In this document: positions 49,168 through 59,225 of the stretch, one piece after another | Position numbering within the stretch: the stretch's first letter is position 1 | How the letters are laid out: the number at the start of each line of letters is the position of its first letter | NCBI GenBank assembly: GCA_037441675.1 | Contig: JBBIRS010000001.1 | Span: 160,001-224,000, forward strand | Length of the DNA: 64,000 nucleotides | Reading direction: 5' to 3' | Source of the DNA: Planctomycetales bacterium | GTDB lineage: Bacteria > 4484-113 | Position numbers and translations under genes: made by a program | Notes under the pieces: generated by a model | Databases searched by the model: none | The model's input: the letters and a program-made list of their open reading frames with translations, nothing else | Told to the model about the DNA's origin: nothing

Positions 49168-49195
49168 AGCCCCCATCAAAAGGGGGCTATTTTTT
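49168..49195 (+). terminator. Intrinsic terminator hairpin
   Basis: AGCCCCC-N7-GGGGGCT followed by ATTTTTT. Confidence 0.7.
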
Positions 49196-49212
49196 GCTAT
49201 AATTTCCCACAG

Positions 49213-51015
49213 GTGAGGCTTCCTCTAGTCAAAGTATTTGTAATTCTGTGGTTGCTCGCGGTAGCTTTTTCAACTGGCGCTAAGGAATTTTACCGCGCGG
49301 AGCTATCCATGCACGCAAGCTCCGCAGAGGTTATCTCATTAACGGTTAACGGGATTGAGATATTTGCGCTTAGAGCAAAACCGCCAATCAAAAAGCTCGC
49401 TAAAGAAATTATGGACGCTTTGAACCAATCCCTTAGGCAAAAGGGAAAGGAAACAGGCATTCTTATCAGTGAAAAAGAAGGTTATCTTACTCTTTCTTTT
49501 TCACCAAAGACATCCTTCAAGATCCCGCTTAGTGAGTTAACGATAAAGGCTGACGAGGATGGCAAAACCGCATCTTTAGTAAAGTCAAGGTTAAACGTTG
49601 CGCTTGGCAAATCTGCGCTGGCAATTGAGCCAGAGGAAGTTGTGGCGCCGGTTGGTGAACCAAGAAATTATAGAATCATAAGTTCGTTAAATCCTTCCAG
49701 GTGGCGCATCCTAAACCCATTTTCCGATATAGTTCGCGTTAATCCGAGCGACGATGGCTTTTCGCTATTTGGGAACAAAGAAGGTTCAGGTTATCTAATC
49801 CTTGAGCAGGGAGTGGTAAAAAAAGAGATACCGTTCAAGGCTCAGTACTTATCCGCCTACCTTCCTGAAAATCTAACACTTGAGTTTGTAGGAGAAAGAC
49901 CCAATTCTGAAGAAATAATAACATTCGCGAAGTCTCAGTTAATAGCCTCCGCAGAAATCTCTCGTGGCTCAAATATAGAAGTTCAGTCAGCCCAAAATGC
50001 GCTCAATTCATCCGAGGTGACGCTAAAGGTGAAAGCAAGCGCAGAGGGAAGGATAAAGGTCAACCGTGAGATACCGGTGTCACTGGAACGCGCAAATATC
50101 AAATTGCGTGAGCCAGATGTTATTCTTTTTTCAAATCGCCCCGAGCAAATTTTCTATCCAGGCGAGCTTTACTCAGCTTCCGCGTCTTTCGGGGAAGTTG
50201 TGCATCTTGTTTACCATCATCAAAATAGAACCGGCTTTCCACTTCTGATTAGGGTTACCTTGGAGAACCTTTCAGGAGCTGAAACTAAATGTCTAATCTC
50301 TGGAGGAACATCTCCATCAATGCTTTCTACTTATGATGTGGGCTTTACGAGTGCTCGTGAAAGGTTGAATAAGTATCAGAGGGGAAAAGGTATGCTCCTT
50401 ACACTTTCTTCATATAGACAAACCGTTCTATGGGAAGGATTAGTCTCAAAAGATTACTCGGTCTCGGGTAATCTTGATATTTCGGTGGTAAAGGGCGGAG
50501 CGGTAGCGCTTAGAGTGATAGCCCTAGATGCCCGTAAACCCCACGGAGTATTCACTGAAATACCAAGCTCGTCATCATCTCAAGCCCCTCTCATTCAAAC
50601 CTACGTCTCGTCACCTCCCCAATTCCATCCTGCCTTCATCCGAAAGGAATTTACATATCATCCTGATGGACACTGGCTTTTTATTCGGCTGGGAAAGGGA
50701 GAAGTAAAGCACAAAAAGACTGGAGAGGTTCTCGCTGGCGATTATGGAGTTCTGTATGAATTTACGGTGACGATAGTAAATGATAGCGTTCAGTTTAAGA
50801 ATATCAACGTATCCTTTGATGCCACTGGCGGATTGGCGCGAGGCATCTTCATCATTGATAATACTCCCTTTGAGACACCAGTAGTTTCTCCAGGCTCCCC
50901 ATATAGGCTTTATTCCTTCATTGTAAGTCCATACGAAAGAAGAGAAGTCAAAATACTCACTACCACTCTTAACGGCTCACACTACCCCGCAAGCCTAATC
51001 TTTTCTTCAGATTGA
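49213..51015 (+). CDS. Secreted hypothetical protein
   Basis: 600-aa ORF, signal peptide, beta-rich C-terminal half (FSNRPE, LVYHHQN, GDYGVLY). Confidence 0.75.
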   Translation: MRLPLVKVFVILWLLAVAFSTGAKEFYRAELSMHASSAEVISLTVNGIEIFALRAKPPIKKLAKEIMDALNQSLRQKGKETGILISEKEGYLTLSFSPKTSFKIPLSELTIKADEDGKTASLVKSRLNVALGKSALAIEPEEVVAPVGEPRNYRIISSLNPSRWRILNPFSDIVRVNPSDDGFSLFGNKEGSGYLILEQGVVKKEIPFKAQYLSAYLPENLTLEFVGERPNSEEIITFAKSQLIASAEISRGSNIEVQSAQNALNSSEVTLKVKASAEGRIKVNREIPVSLERANIKLREPDVILFSNRPEQIFYPGELYSASASFGEVVHLVYHHQNRTGFPLLIRVTLENLSGAETKCLISGGTSPSMLSTYDVGFTSARERLNKYQRGKGMLLTLSSYRQTVLWEGLVSKDYSVSGNLDISVVKGGAVALRVIALDARKPHGVFTEIPSSSSSQAPLIQTYVSSPPQFHPAFIRKEFTYHPDGHWLFIRLGKGEVKHKKTGEVLAGDYGVLYEFTVTIVNDSVQFKNINVSFDATGGLARGIFIIDNTPFETPVVSPGSPYRLYSFIVSPYERREVKILTTTLNGSHYPASLIFSSD

Positions 51016-51137
51016 ATTTTTCCTCATTAACTTCCTGCCATTAGTTCCCCCTTCTAAGAAGATATTTCCTTCACCTGAACATCCATAGAAAATATTGCGT
51101 CAAATAAACTAGCTTATCCAAATTGCTTTAGGAGGTA

Positions 51138-52115
51138 TTGAAAATGAAAGGAATATTCAAGAGTTTTGCCTTTTCCCTATTGTTAATCTCGCTAGCGTCA
51201 TCCACTTATGCAAAAGAAGATTCAGGGGCGCCTCTGCGCGAACGAGTTAAGAAAGCAGGTTTCCTAAGAATTATCAAGGGGACTTTGGAGCAAATTGATG
51301 CGGATCGTGTAACTATTAGCGTGGAAAGTATCTTAGAACCGCGCGCTGGCGAGTTAAAAGACTTTCCAAAACGTCTCTCTTTAGATCTAAGCGGGAATGT
51401 GCGTTACTGTAAGAACATGGACAAAAATGTAAAACTAGACTCATTTTCCAAAGGTGACAAAGTCGTGGTTATAGCAAAATATTCAGAGGATGGCAGATAT
51501 GAGGTAAGGGCGTTTTTGGATGATAAGAGTGCGTTAAAGATGCGAGAGGGGCTTCAGGATAGGCTTGGGAAGGGGAAGCATAGGCAAGGTATGGATCAGC
51601 GTGATAAATGGGGACAGCGACCCCGCTTTGGTCAGAGTGAAAGATTTAGAGGCAGAGGAGAAATAGGTGCCCGTTTTGGAAGGCGTATTCCACCAGCTTT
51701 TTCCGCAATTTACCTCGGACTCGCAGATAAACCAGGAACAATAAAACTGGAGTTAACGGGTCCTTACCGTCCGATATCTGCGGACAGGCAGTTCCGAGCA
51801 GATACCCTCTCACCTCCTCCCGGCTTTCCCGAAGGCAAGAAAGTAATCGTTGCGAAAGTTGGCGAAAATGCACGCGTTTTAATTAAAAATGAAAAGGCGG
51901 ACATATCTGATCTTGCTAAAGGAACAGAAGTGGTAGTGTTCCTTCGCGGTCTTAGGGCGATGGACGAGTCTGAGCCTATTGTTTTGGTGCTTGCAGACAA
52001 GGAATCTGCGGAGGCTTTTAGAGAAAGACTTATGGAAAAGTTAGAAGCATGGAGAAGTGAACGTGATAAAAAGCAGGAACAACCACGTGAGCGTCGATTC
52101 CCTCGCGAGAACTAA
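51138..52115 (+). CDS. Secreted hypothetical protein with two repeated OB-fold-like modules
   Basis: Signal peptide, GGAGG RBS; KLDSFSKGDKVVV and DISDLAKGTEVVV repeats separated by a G/R-rich linker. Confidence 0.7.
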   Translation: MKMKGIFKSFAFSLLLISLASSTYAKEDSGAPLRERVKKAGFLRIIKGTLEQIDADRVTISVESILEPRAGELKDFPKRLSLDLSGNVRYCKNMDKNVKLDSFSKGDKVVVIAKYSEDGRYEVRAFLDDKSALKMREGLQDRLGKGKHRQGMDQRDKWGQRPRFGQSERFRGRGEIGARFGRRIPPAFSAIYLGLADKPGTIKLELTGPYRPISADRQFRADTLSPPPGFPEGKKVIVAKVGENARVLIKNEKADISDLAKGTEVVVFLRGLRAMDESEPIVLVLADKESAEAFRERLMEKLEAWRSERDKKQEQPRERRFPREN

Positions 52116-52179
52116 ACTATTCTTGCCAATTCCTTAAGGTTTATCTAATTCTAATCTTAGCTCCTAAGTATTGTTTCGT

Positions 52180-52218
52180 GAAGACGGAAGAAGTACTCAG
52201 ATAGCTTCTTCCGTCTTC
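52180..52218 (+). terminator. 14-bp perfect hairpin, probable terminator
   Basis: GAAGACGGAAGAAG-N11-CTTCTTCCGTCTTC. Confidence 0.6.
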
Positions 52219-52246
52219 TCGTAATATGGTAGTTCGTAATATGGTA
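52219..52246. repeat. Direct repeat TCGTAATATGGTA x2 (period 15) upstream of ssb
   Basis: Read directly from the sequence. Confidence 0.8.
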
Positions 52247-52278
52247 AAATTTAATGTTAAGAAAATAAGTGGGAAAGA

Positions 52279-52737
52279 ATGGGTAGCCTGAATAAAATTT
52301 TACTTATCGGAAATGTTGGAAGGGAACCTGAGATCAGGTATACCCCTGCGGGAGTTCCAGTAGCTAGATTTTCTCTTGCCACATCGGAGCGATGGAGGAG
52401 TCGTGAAACCGGTGAGCAACAGGACCGAACAGAATGGCACAACATAGTAGCCTTTGGTCGTCTGGCGGAGCAAGTGAAGGAGTACGTTGCGAAGGGACGC
52501 CAGCTATTCGTAGATGGCAGGCTAAGGACGACCAACTGGACGGATGTCAATGGCATTAAACACACTCGCACGGAAATTTTTGCCGATAGAATAATTTTTC
52601 TCGGTCGACGTGAAGGCGAGCAAGCTGAAAGGGGAATTGCCCCATCTGTTGGTATTGAAGTGGACGAGGATTTTACTCTTGATGACCTTGGCCCAGCGGT
52701 GGAAATGGATGACCTCTCTTTAACCCCGGGTGATTAA
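52279..52737 (+). CDS. ssb: Single-stranded DNA-binding protein
   Basis: LNKILLIGNVGREPEIRYT, TEWHNIVAF, GRLRT; acidic tail. Confidence 0.96.
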   Translation: MGSLNKILLIGNVGREPEIRYTPAGVPVARFSLATSERWRSRETGEQQDRTEWHNIVAFGRLAEQVKEYVAKGRQLFVDGRLRTTNWTDVNGIKHTRTEIFADRIIFLGRREGEQAERGIAPSVGIEVDEDFTLDDLGPAVEMDDLSLTPGD

Positions 52738-52847
52738 ACGAGAATGTTACTCCTCAACTCCCGCTTTCACTCTCATCCCTTCCGGTTCAATTAACGCATT
52801 CTTCGCTCAACTGTAAGATAAAATGCCTTTCTCCTTCTCCATTCCAT

Positions 52848-54650
52848 TCAGCTGTACATCTTGTCAATAATGTCCTTATACTTTTCCTGCACAACTTTTC
52901 TTCTAACTTTCATCGTGGGAGTAACCTCTCCACTTTCTACGCAGAACTCATTCATAACAAGGGTAAATCGGTGAATTTTTTCAAAATCCGCAAGTCTCAC
53001 AGTCAATCTCTCAATTTCGCTCCTTATTAACTCTCGTAACTTTTCATTCTCGCCCAAAGCTTCCAAGTTGCTAAATTCCAAGTGAACATTGTGGAGTTTA
53101 GCCCAAGTCTTCACGTTCTCCAAGTTAGGAACAATCAAGGCGGTAATTGTGGTTCTCTTATCTCCGAACAAAACCGCAGAGGAAATGTACGGGCTTTCCT
53201 GCAAGGCATTCTCTATTGGTTGTGGTGCAACCTTCTTTCCGGAGGCTAAAACAATTATGTCTTTCTTCCGATCTGTTATTTTCAAGTATCCATCCTCATC
53301 AATTTCGCCAATATCTCCAGTGTGGAACCAACCTTCTTCATCAATTGCCTTACGTGTCTCCTCTTCCTTTTTATAGTATCCAAGCATTACACTAGGCGCT
53401 TTCACGAGTATCTCTCCATCATCAGCTATTCTTAACTGAACATTTCTAAGCGGAGGTCCCACTGTTCCAAATTTGAACCTCCTGGGTGAATTAACGTTAG
53501 TTACAGGTGAAGTTTCAGTAAGGCCATATCCCTCAAGGATGATGAGACCAAGAGATGCGAAAAATAGAGCGTTAGCCCTAGGTAGTGGTGCACCACCGGA
53601 TATGAAGTTCTTTAACCTATCCATACCAAGGCTTGCTCTAATTTTGGATAGTACAAGCTTGTCATACAACCACCATTTTACAAGAAGACTAATGGGCAAT
53701 CCTTTCCTCGCTTGCAGGAGTTCACACCTTTTCCTGCCCACTTCAAGCGCAGTTTTCACCAATGCCTTTTTCCTTGCTGGCTCTTTATCCAGAGCCTTTA
53801 ACAGCTTTTCTCGCATTGCCTCAAAAAATCTAGGCACTAAAGTTACATAATGGGGTCTAACCTCAAGTGCGTTTTCCCGCACCGTTGCATAGCTTTCAGC
53901 AAGAGCAATACAGCATCCTTTTGTAATTGATGTGTAATAGTCCGCCATTCTAGGAAGTACATGATTTAATGGCAACACAGATAGAATCACTTCACCCGTT
54001 TTATACGGAATAACCTCAAGCGCAGCCTCAATATTACTTACAAAATTCTTGTGCGAGAGCATCACGCCCTTAGGCTCCCCCGTTGTTCCAGATGTATAAA
54101 TAATAGTCACAAGATCGTTATCTTTGACCATCTCCCCTAACTTGTTAAGCTCTATCTCGCTTATCGGATTTTCTTTGCCAAGCTCTAAAAGTCGCTCAAA
54201 GGTGAGCACATCTTTTTTGGGGTCGGGAAAGCAGTCCATAGTAATGGTGCGCAATGTTGGCACGCTTTCTTTCATATGTAACGCCTTTTCCAATTGGGTC
54301 TGCCCTGAGACTATCATTATCTCTGAACCAGAATCAGTGACGATATATCTAATCTGCTCTACGGTGTAGGAAGGAAACATTGCCACACAAACAGCGCCAA
54401 TATGAAGCATCGCCAAATCACAAATAATCCACTCCACCCTGTTTTCTGAGAGAAGAGCAATTCTGTCCCCCCTTTGAACGTTTAATGCTTTAAGTCCGCT
54501 TGCAAAAAGCCTAACCTTTTCTGCCAGCTCCTTATAGGTTATTCCACGATACCGCCCTTCTTTCTTGAATAAAAGCGCATTTTTCTTTGGGTACTTCCTC
54601 ACCGAAGACTGAAACTTCTTTACTAATGTGCTCACTCGTTCATTCCCCAA
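52848..54650 (-). CDS. Long-chain fatty acid-CoA ligase (AMP-binding)
   Basis: IIYTSGTTGEPKG, EGYGLTETSP, GWFHTGDIG, ITDRKKD, TPTMKVRR. Confidence 0.92.
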   Translation of the reverse strand: MGNERVSTLVKKFQSSVRKYPKKNALLFKKEGRYRGITYKELAEKVRLFASGLKALNVQRGDRIALLSENRVEWIICDLAMLHIGAVCVAMFPSYTVEQIRYIVTDSGSEIMIVSGQTQLEKALHMKESVPTLRTITMDCFPDPKKDVLTFERLLELGKENPISEIELNKLGEMVKDNDLVTIIYTSGTTGEPKGVMLSHKNFVSNIEAALEVIPYKTGEVILSVLPLNHVLPRMADYYTSITKGCCIALAESYATVRENALEVRPHYVTLVPRFFEAMREKLLKALDKEPARKKALVKTALEVGRKRCELLQARKGLPISLLVKWWLYDKLVLSKIRASLGMDRLKNFISGGAPLPRANALFFASLGLIILEGYGLTETSPVTNVNSPRRFKFGTVGPPLRNVQLRIADDGEILVKAPSVMLGYYKKEEETRKAIDEEGWFHTGDIGEIDEDGYLKITDRKKDIIVLASGKKVAPQPIENALQESPYISSAVLFGDKRTTITALIVPNLENVKTWAKLHNVHLEFSNLEALGENEKLRELIRSEIERLTVRLADFEKIHRFTLVMNEFCVESGEVTPTMKVRRKVVQEKYKDIIDKMYS

Positions 54651-54757
54651 AAGACTATGTTGTTTCGCGCTAATCCACTTTTATCACTACCTTAGCCCAG
54701 TATGATAGTATATCTTAGCTAGTTAACGGAAAGTCTCCTAATTTTGTGAGGTGAAAG

Positions 54758-55318
54758 ATGATTGTAGGTTTATGGATTTTACTGGCGATTGTAATTCTAT
54801 TAGTTCTATGGTTTATTGGCATTTACAATCGCTTTGTTAGTTTAAGAAATGGCATTCAGGGCGCATGGGCACAAATTGATGTTCAACTGAAGAAGCGTTA
54901 CGACCTAGTTCCAAACCTTGTAGAGACGGTCAAGGGTTATGCCAAGCACGAGCACGAGGTTTTTGAAAGAGTGACAGAAGCCAGAGCCCGTGCCATATCT
55001 GCTGGCTCCGTTGGTGATCAATCTCAGGCGGAAAATATGCTAACAAGCGCACTGAGGAGTTTATTTGCTGTTGCTGAGAATTACCCCGAATTAAAGGCTA
55101 GCCAGAACTTCCTTGCCCTGCAAGAGGAGCTCGCGAATATAGAAAATCGTATCGCATATGCCCGCCAGCACTTCAACGATCTCGTCCAAACTTACAACAC
55201 AACACGACAGCAATTTCCTGCTTCAATTGTCGCATCTATGTTGGCGTTTCCGCCTTCTGAGTACTTTGAAATTGAGGAGATTGCGCGCGAAGTCCCTGAG
55301 GTTAGCTTTACTAAATAG
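54758..55318 (+). CDS. lemA: LemA family protein
   Basis: YN..V.LRN, WAQIDVQLKKRYDLVPNLV, AENYPELKA. Confidence 0.95.
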   Translation: MIVGLWILLAIVILLVLWFIGIYNRFVSLRNGIQGAWAQIDVQLKKRYDLVPNLVETVKGYAKHEHEVFERVTEARARAISAGSVGDQSQAENMLTSALRSLFAVAENYPELKASQNFLALQEELANIENRIAYARQHFNDLVQTYNTTRQQFPASIVASMLAFPPSEYFEIEEIAREVPEVSFTK

Positions 55319-55329
55319 TTAGGAGTTTT

Positions 55330-55659
55330 ATGGCTTCAGCTTCAGATTTCCTGATAGTTTTTGTTACAGTTGACGCCATTGACACTGCGGAGAGTATAGC
55401 AACTACTCTTATTCAGGAACGCCTCGCAGCCTGCGTTAACCTTATCCCTCAGGTTCACTCCTACTACATTTGGCAGGACGAACTTAGAAGAGACACAGAA
55501 ATTCTTATGATTATTAAAACAACTATTGATGCCTATAAAGCCCTAGAACAGAAAATACTTGAGCTTCATCCCTATGAAGTGCCGGAAGTCTTAGCTGTAA
55601 GTATTGTTGATGGTTGTAAGATTTATCTAGATTGGCTTAATAGTATGGTCTCCTCCTAG
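55330..55659 (+). CDS. cutA: Divalent-cation tolerance protein CutA
   Basis: RLAACVN, SYYIW, IKTT, HPYEVPE. Confidence 0.95.
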   Translation: MASASDFLIVFVTVDAIDTAESIATTLIQERLAACVNLIPQVHSYYIWQDELRRDTEILMIIKTTIDAYKALEQKILELHPYEVPEVLAVSIVDGCKIYLDWLNSMVSS

Positions 55660-55666
55660 AGAAATA

Positions 55667-57151
55667 ATGATTCCAAGGACAAGCTCAACATTAACAGAGA
55701 AAGATTCGTCAAATTCTACTCGGCGCGCGTGTCCCTTTCCATTAGTTTCAACATTTTGGTTTATATTACTCACCGCAATTTTCATCGCGATTTTGCTAAC
55801 TCTTCTCCACAAGGGTTTCTTTTCATCAACGAAGCCTCTTTCTTCCAAAGCCCATTCCAAGAATGAGTATAAACCATTCTTTCTCGTTTATGGTGACAAA
55901 CTTATTGATATATCCTTAGACACAGGTGAGGAAAAGCCTTTGGACGTCAAAAGTCCAATCCTATGTTATGTAAGCACAGAACTTGAAAGTGGTGGCTATC
56001 TTCTTAGCTTCGTTGATGATGAACTTAGACCGGGTTTTGTAGTCCTAGACAGGTCTCTTGCCCCAAGAATTTCTGTGTTAAAGATGACCGCGTGGAAGCT
56101 TGGCTCACACCATATTCTAGGTGTGCTTGAGGAAGCCACACTGGAGAGAAAGCCTTTAGAGAATGCGGTAGCTCTGTGGAACACCTCTAGTTTTAAGCAA
56201 GTTTTTTTCTTGCCAAATACCTTTCCCCTATCAGCAATTAGCTTCTTCTACGAGGGGGCACCGAAAAATAAACTCGCGAAGCAGTCTCTATTACTATTCA
56301 CTTACGAAAGCACTGGTTTACCCTTGTATCCCTATACCCCAAGAACAAAGTTTAGATCAGTGAACCAAACGAGCGGGAAAATTGAGTGGGAAACCGATGT
56401 CTACTTTCTACGTGAGGTATCTTCAATTGACCTTCTCTTTGAAAGCGAGGATTTTTTTCTTCTAGGTGGAATAGTTGATTATGAGCACTATCTTTATCTA
56501 TGTCTTTCCGGTTCTGGGAAAATACTCTGGCAAAAAGTTTATAATGCCTTTCCAATCACAAAAGCTATTTACCCCTACCAGGGAGTTGCTAGCCTCCTTC
56601 CAGTGAAAGTATCCTTACCTTATATCACTTTTCCTTCAGTAGGTATGGAGACGGGGGGTAAGAAGTTAATGCGGCTAGACCTTAGAGTTGGAATGTATAA
56701 TTTGGAAAATAATCAATCTGAGCTGACTAGGATTGATAAAGCCTATGATAGGCTATACTCTTCAGGTTCCGTCTATAGCTCACTACTAGCAGACTCTCCA
56801 TCGACAAGCTCAAGAACCCCACATACCCCTAAAGGTATGTTGCCACAAAGGGGTGAGAGAAATTCGCTGATAAAATCTGAGTCCGATCTCAAGCCAGCTA
56901 AAGAAGGGGAAATGTTCAGCCTCTACCTGGATCTTCCCACAGTTCCCACTAGCTTGACATTTCAGGCACTGCCACATATTTTTGAGCGACAAAGCGGAGT
57001 GGAAATAAATCTAGTACGGGATGGGCAATATCCTAAATTTTTAGTTCCACTAGTCGTAGACGGGAAAACAGTTATCCTCACAGAGAAAACCCTTGTCTAT
57101 TTGAAAGAGGGTAACCAAAGGAGTGTTCCTTTAGAGTTTGAAGAATTCTGA
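55667..57151 (+). CDS. Membrane-anchored hypothetical protein, possibly beta-propeller-like
   Basis: Single TM; GKIEWE and GKILWQ PQQ-repeat-like motifs. Confidence 0.6.
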   Translation: MIPRTSSTLTEKDSSNSTRRACPFPLVSTFWFILLTAIFIAILLTLLHKGFFSSTKPLSSKAHSKNEYKPFFLVYGDKLIDISLDTGEEKPLDVKSPILCYVSTELESGGYLLSFVDDELRPGFVVLDRSLAPRISVLKMTAWKLGSHHILGVLEEATLERKPLENAVALWNTSSFKQVFFLPNTFPLSAISFFYEGAPKNKLAKQSLLLFTYESTGLPLYPYTPRTKFRSVNQTSGKIEWETDVYFLREVSSIDLLFESEDFFLLGGIVDYEHYLYLCLSGSGKILWQKVYNAFPITKAIYPYQGVASLLPVKVSLPYITFPSVGMETGGKKLMRLDLRVGMYNLENNQSELTRIDKAYDRLYSSGSVYSSLLADSPSTSSRTPHTPKGMLPQRGERNSLIKSESDLKPAKEGEMFSLYLDLPTVPTSLTFQALPHIFERQSGVEINLVRDGQYPKFLVPLVVDGKTVILTEKTLVYLKEGNQRSVPLEFEEF

Positions 57152-57175
57152 AATTTTCTGGAAAAAGCCTCTCGC

Positions 57176-58303
57176 CTAGCTTGATGGCACTTTTACCTCA
57201 ATAACTACTTCATTAGTTCCAGCTATCATTTTCGGATTATCCCCAAGAACGACGCCCTCAAAGTCTCCACCATCAGGTCTATTTAAAAGCAGATAATAAC
57301 TTCCACTTGGAACTAACTTCCACTGATCAGAGACACCGCTCTCCGCAGTGCTTCTTACTTCCAATTCCATTTGTGATTGGTGAAGTGATGCCACCTCAGA
57401 GGATGTCAATCCACCATAAAGCCCAACGCTTTCAATAAGTGCGCCAATGCTCCCCGCTAGGTTAAATTCAGGTTGGAGAACCAGGTTAAACCTCTGGCTT
57501 TCAGTGAGTAATCGGTTTTCAATAGGCGAGCCCTCCTCGTCTAAAACTTTCACTAAAACTTTTATCCTTTCAGTATCAGGCATAACAAGGTCTCCGCCGG
57601 AGTTCACCTGTGACGGCGCCTCTATCAACTTATACCCAAACCCACGCTCTGGGCTGAACCCTATGATAAGCACCGGCTTACCTAGCACCCTCTCAAATAG
57701 GAAAGCCCCAGAGGAATTCGTCATTATGAACTTATAGTTTCCCTCCTCGTCGGTGATAATTTTGCTTGGAGTTCCACCGACCGCATCCGGTACTGCAATA
57801 GTTACTAAAACTTGCGCCAGCTCAAGTCCGCTTGTATCTACCACCTTGCCAGATATAGTAACTTCAGAAAGCCCCTCCTCAATTTGTAGGTCAATGCTTT
57901 GGTCTTCATTATCAACTTTGCCCAGCTCTCTTACGAGAAGCACAGTTCCCCGGAGGCTTACACTGATAGTATATGTAGCATCTTCATACCAGGGCATCGC
58001 CATTCTATAAATCCCTTCTTCGTTCGTAGTTACCCTGCCAGTAACATCATCATCCGGCTCCACTCTATCCGCGATAATTGAGACTTCGTATCCACTCAAC
58101 GCTTTCCCGGTGGTATCTGTAATTTTGCCAGTCCAGATGCGGTTGTTTCCGCCTTTCTTTAGAAACTGGTTATACAGGAAGGCGCCGACAAGAATGTCTC
58201 CCCCGCCAGCTCCACAACCCACAAGAAATCCACTTAGCAAAACAAGTACTAGCGCGCCTTGCAAAACTTTCACTCCAATAAAATTTCTCGTTATTTGTCT
58301 CAT
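57176..58303 (-). CDS. Lipoprotein with carboxypeptidase-regulatory-like (transthyretin-fold) repeats
   Basis: LVGC lipobox; GKITDTTGKAL, GKVVDTSGLEL and VKVLDEEGSPI repeats. Confidence 0.75.
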   Translation of the reverse strand: MRQITRNFIGVKVLQGALVLVLLSGFLVGCGAGGGDILVGAFLYNQFLKKGGNNRIWTGKITDTTGKALSGYEVSIIADRVEPDDDVTGRVTTNEEGIYRMAMPWYEDATYTISVSLRGTVLLVRELGKVDNEDQSIDLQIEEGLSEVTISGKVVDTSGLELAQVLVTIAVPDAVGGTPSKIITDEEGNYKFIMTNSSGAFLFERVLGKPVLIIGFSPERGFGYKLIEAPSQVNSGGDLVMPDTERIKVLVKVLDEEGSPIENRLLTESQRFNLVLQPEFNLAGSIGALIESVGLYGGLTSSEVASLHQSQMELEVRSTAESGVSDQWKLVPSGSYYLLLNRPDGGDFEGVVLGDNPKMIAGTNEVVIEVKVPSS

Positions 58304-58642
58304 TTTTCTTCGCCCTTAATCAAAACTAGATTTTAGCATAGTGCCTTTATAGACTGAGCTTCGTAAACGGTTACAATATTGGCGGCGATCTATTGCATGC
58401 AATTTTTCAACACTATTTGGAAACTCATTAACTTCGGATGGTGAGCATTTTTCGTTGGGTATAGATTTTGTTTTCTGCTTTTTTATTCTAGGTATATCTT
58501 CATGGAAGCAAAGCACGAGATGAAAAAGCGTTTCAAGCGATGTCTGATAGAAGTAGCAAAACATGTATGAACTTTCTACTATAAATTAGTCTATATATTA
58601 CTCTTTTCTAAGCTTCTCACTTTGGTATAATAATTTGTACTA

Positions 58643-59200
58643 ATGTCCGAGACGCATTCCATTGTGCCACCTATTGCAAATGGTCAGGTTGAGCGATTCC
58701 ACGCAGGAGATATTGTTCTAATTTCCGGTGAAATTTTTACCGCTCGTGATTCTGCTCACAAGAGGTTAGTGGCTTTGGCAAAGGCAGGGGAAGTTTTGCC
58801 GTTGGACTTGAACGGCGCGGTTTTGTATTACGTAGGCCCAACTCCCGCACCGCCCGGCAGACCAATCGGTTCCGCTGGCCCTACAACTTCTTCTAGGATG
58901 GATCCTTACACTGAAGATATTCTATCTCTCGGTGTCCGATTGTTAATTGGAAAAGGTTCAAGATCTCAATCCGTTAAAGATGCCTTCTTAAAGCACAAAG
59001 CAATTTACTGCGCTGCTGTTGGTGGCGCAGGCGCCCTTATAAGTCAAAAATTACTATCCGCAAAGGTAGTAGCTTTTGAGGAGCTCGGACCGGAAGCGAT
59101 TCATCTTCTCACCGTGAAAGATTTTCCCTGTATAGTGGTTAACGACATTTACGGGAGAGACCTTTACGAAACAGGAGTGCAGGCTTATAGAAGACTCTAA
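58643..59200 (+). CDS. Fe-S hydro-lyase (class I fumarase) beta subunit
   Basis: GEIFTARDSAHKRL, YYVGPTP, GSAGPTTSSRMD, IGKG, ELGPEAI. Confidence 0.93.
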   Translation: MSETHSIVPPIANGQVERFHAGDIVLISGEIFTARDSAHKRLVALAKAGEVLPLDLNGAVLYYVGPTPAPPGRPIGSAGPTTSSRMDPYTEDILSLGVRLLIGKGSRSQSVKDAFLKHKAIYCAAVGGAGALISQKLLSAKVVAFEELGPEAIHLLTVKDFPCIVVNDIYGRDLYETGVQAYRRL

Positions 59201-59225
59201 TCTCTCTTAAACTGAAGAGGTAACA

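Noticed and set aside
58379..58397. Sigma54 promoter TTGGC...TTGCA
   Set aside because: GG-to-GC spacing does not fit the -24/-12 consensus
58316..58564. 82-aa minus-strand ORF
   Set aside because: No RBS or recognisable motif; AT-rich divergent promoter region
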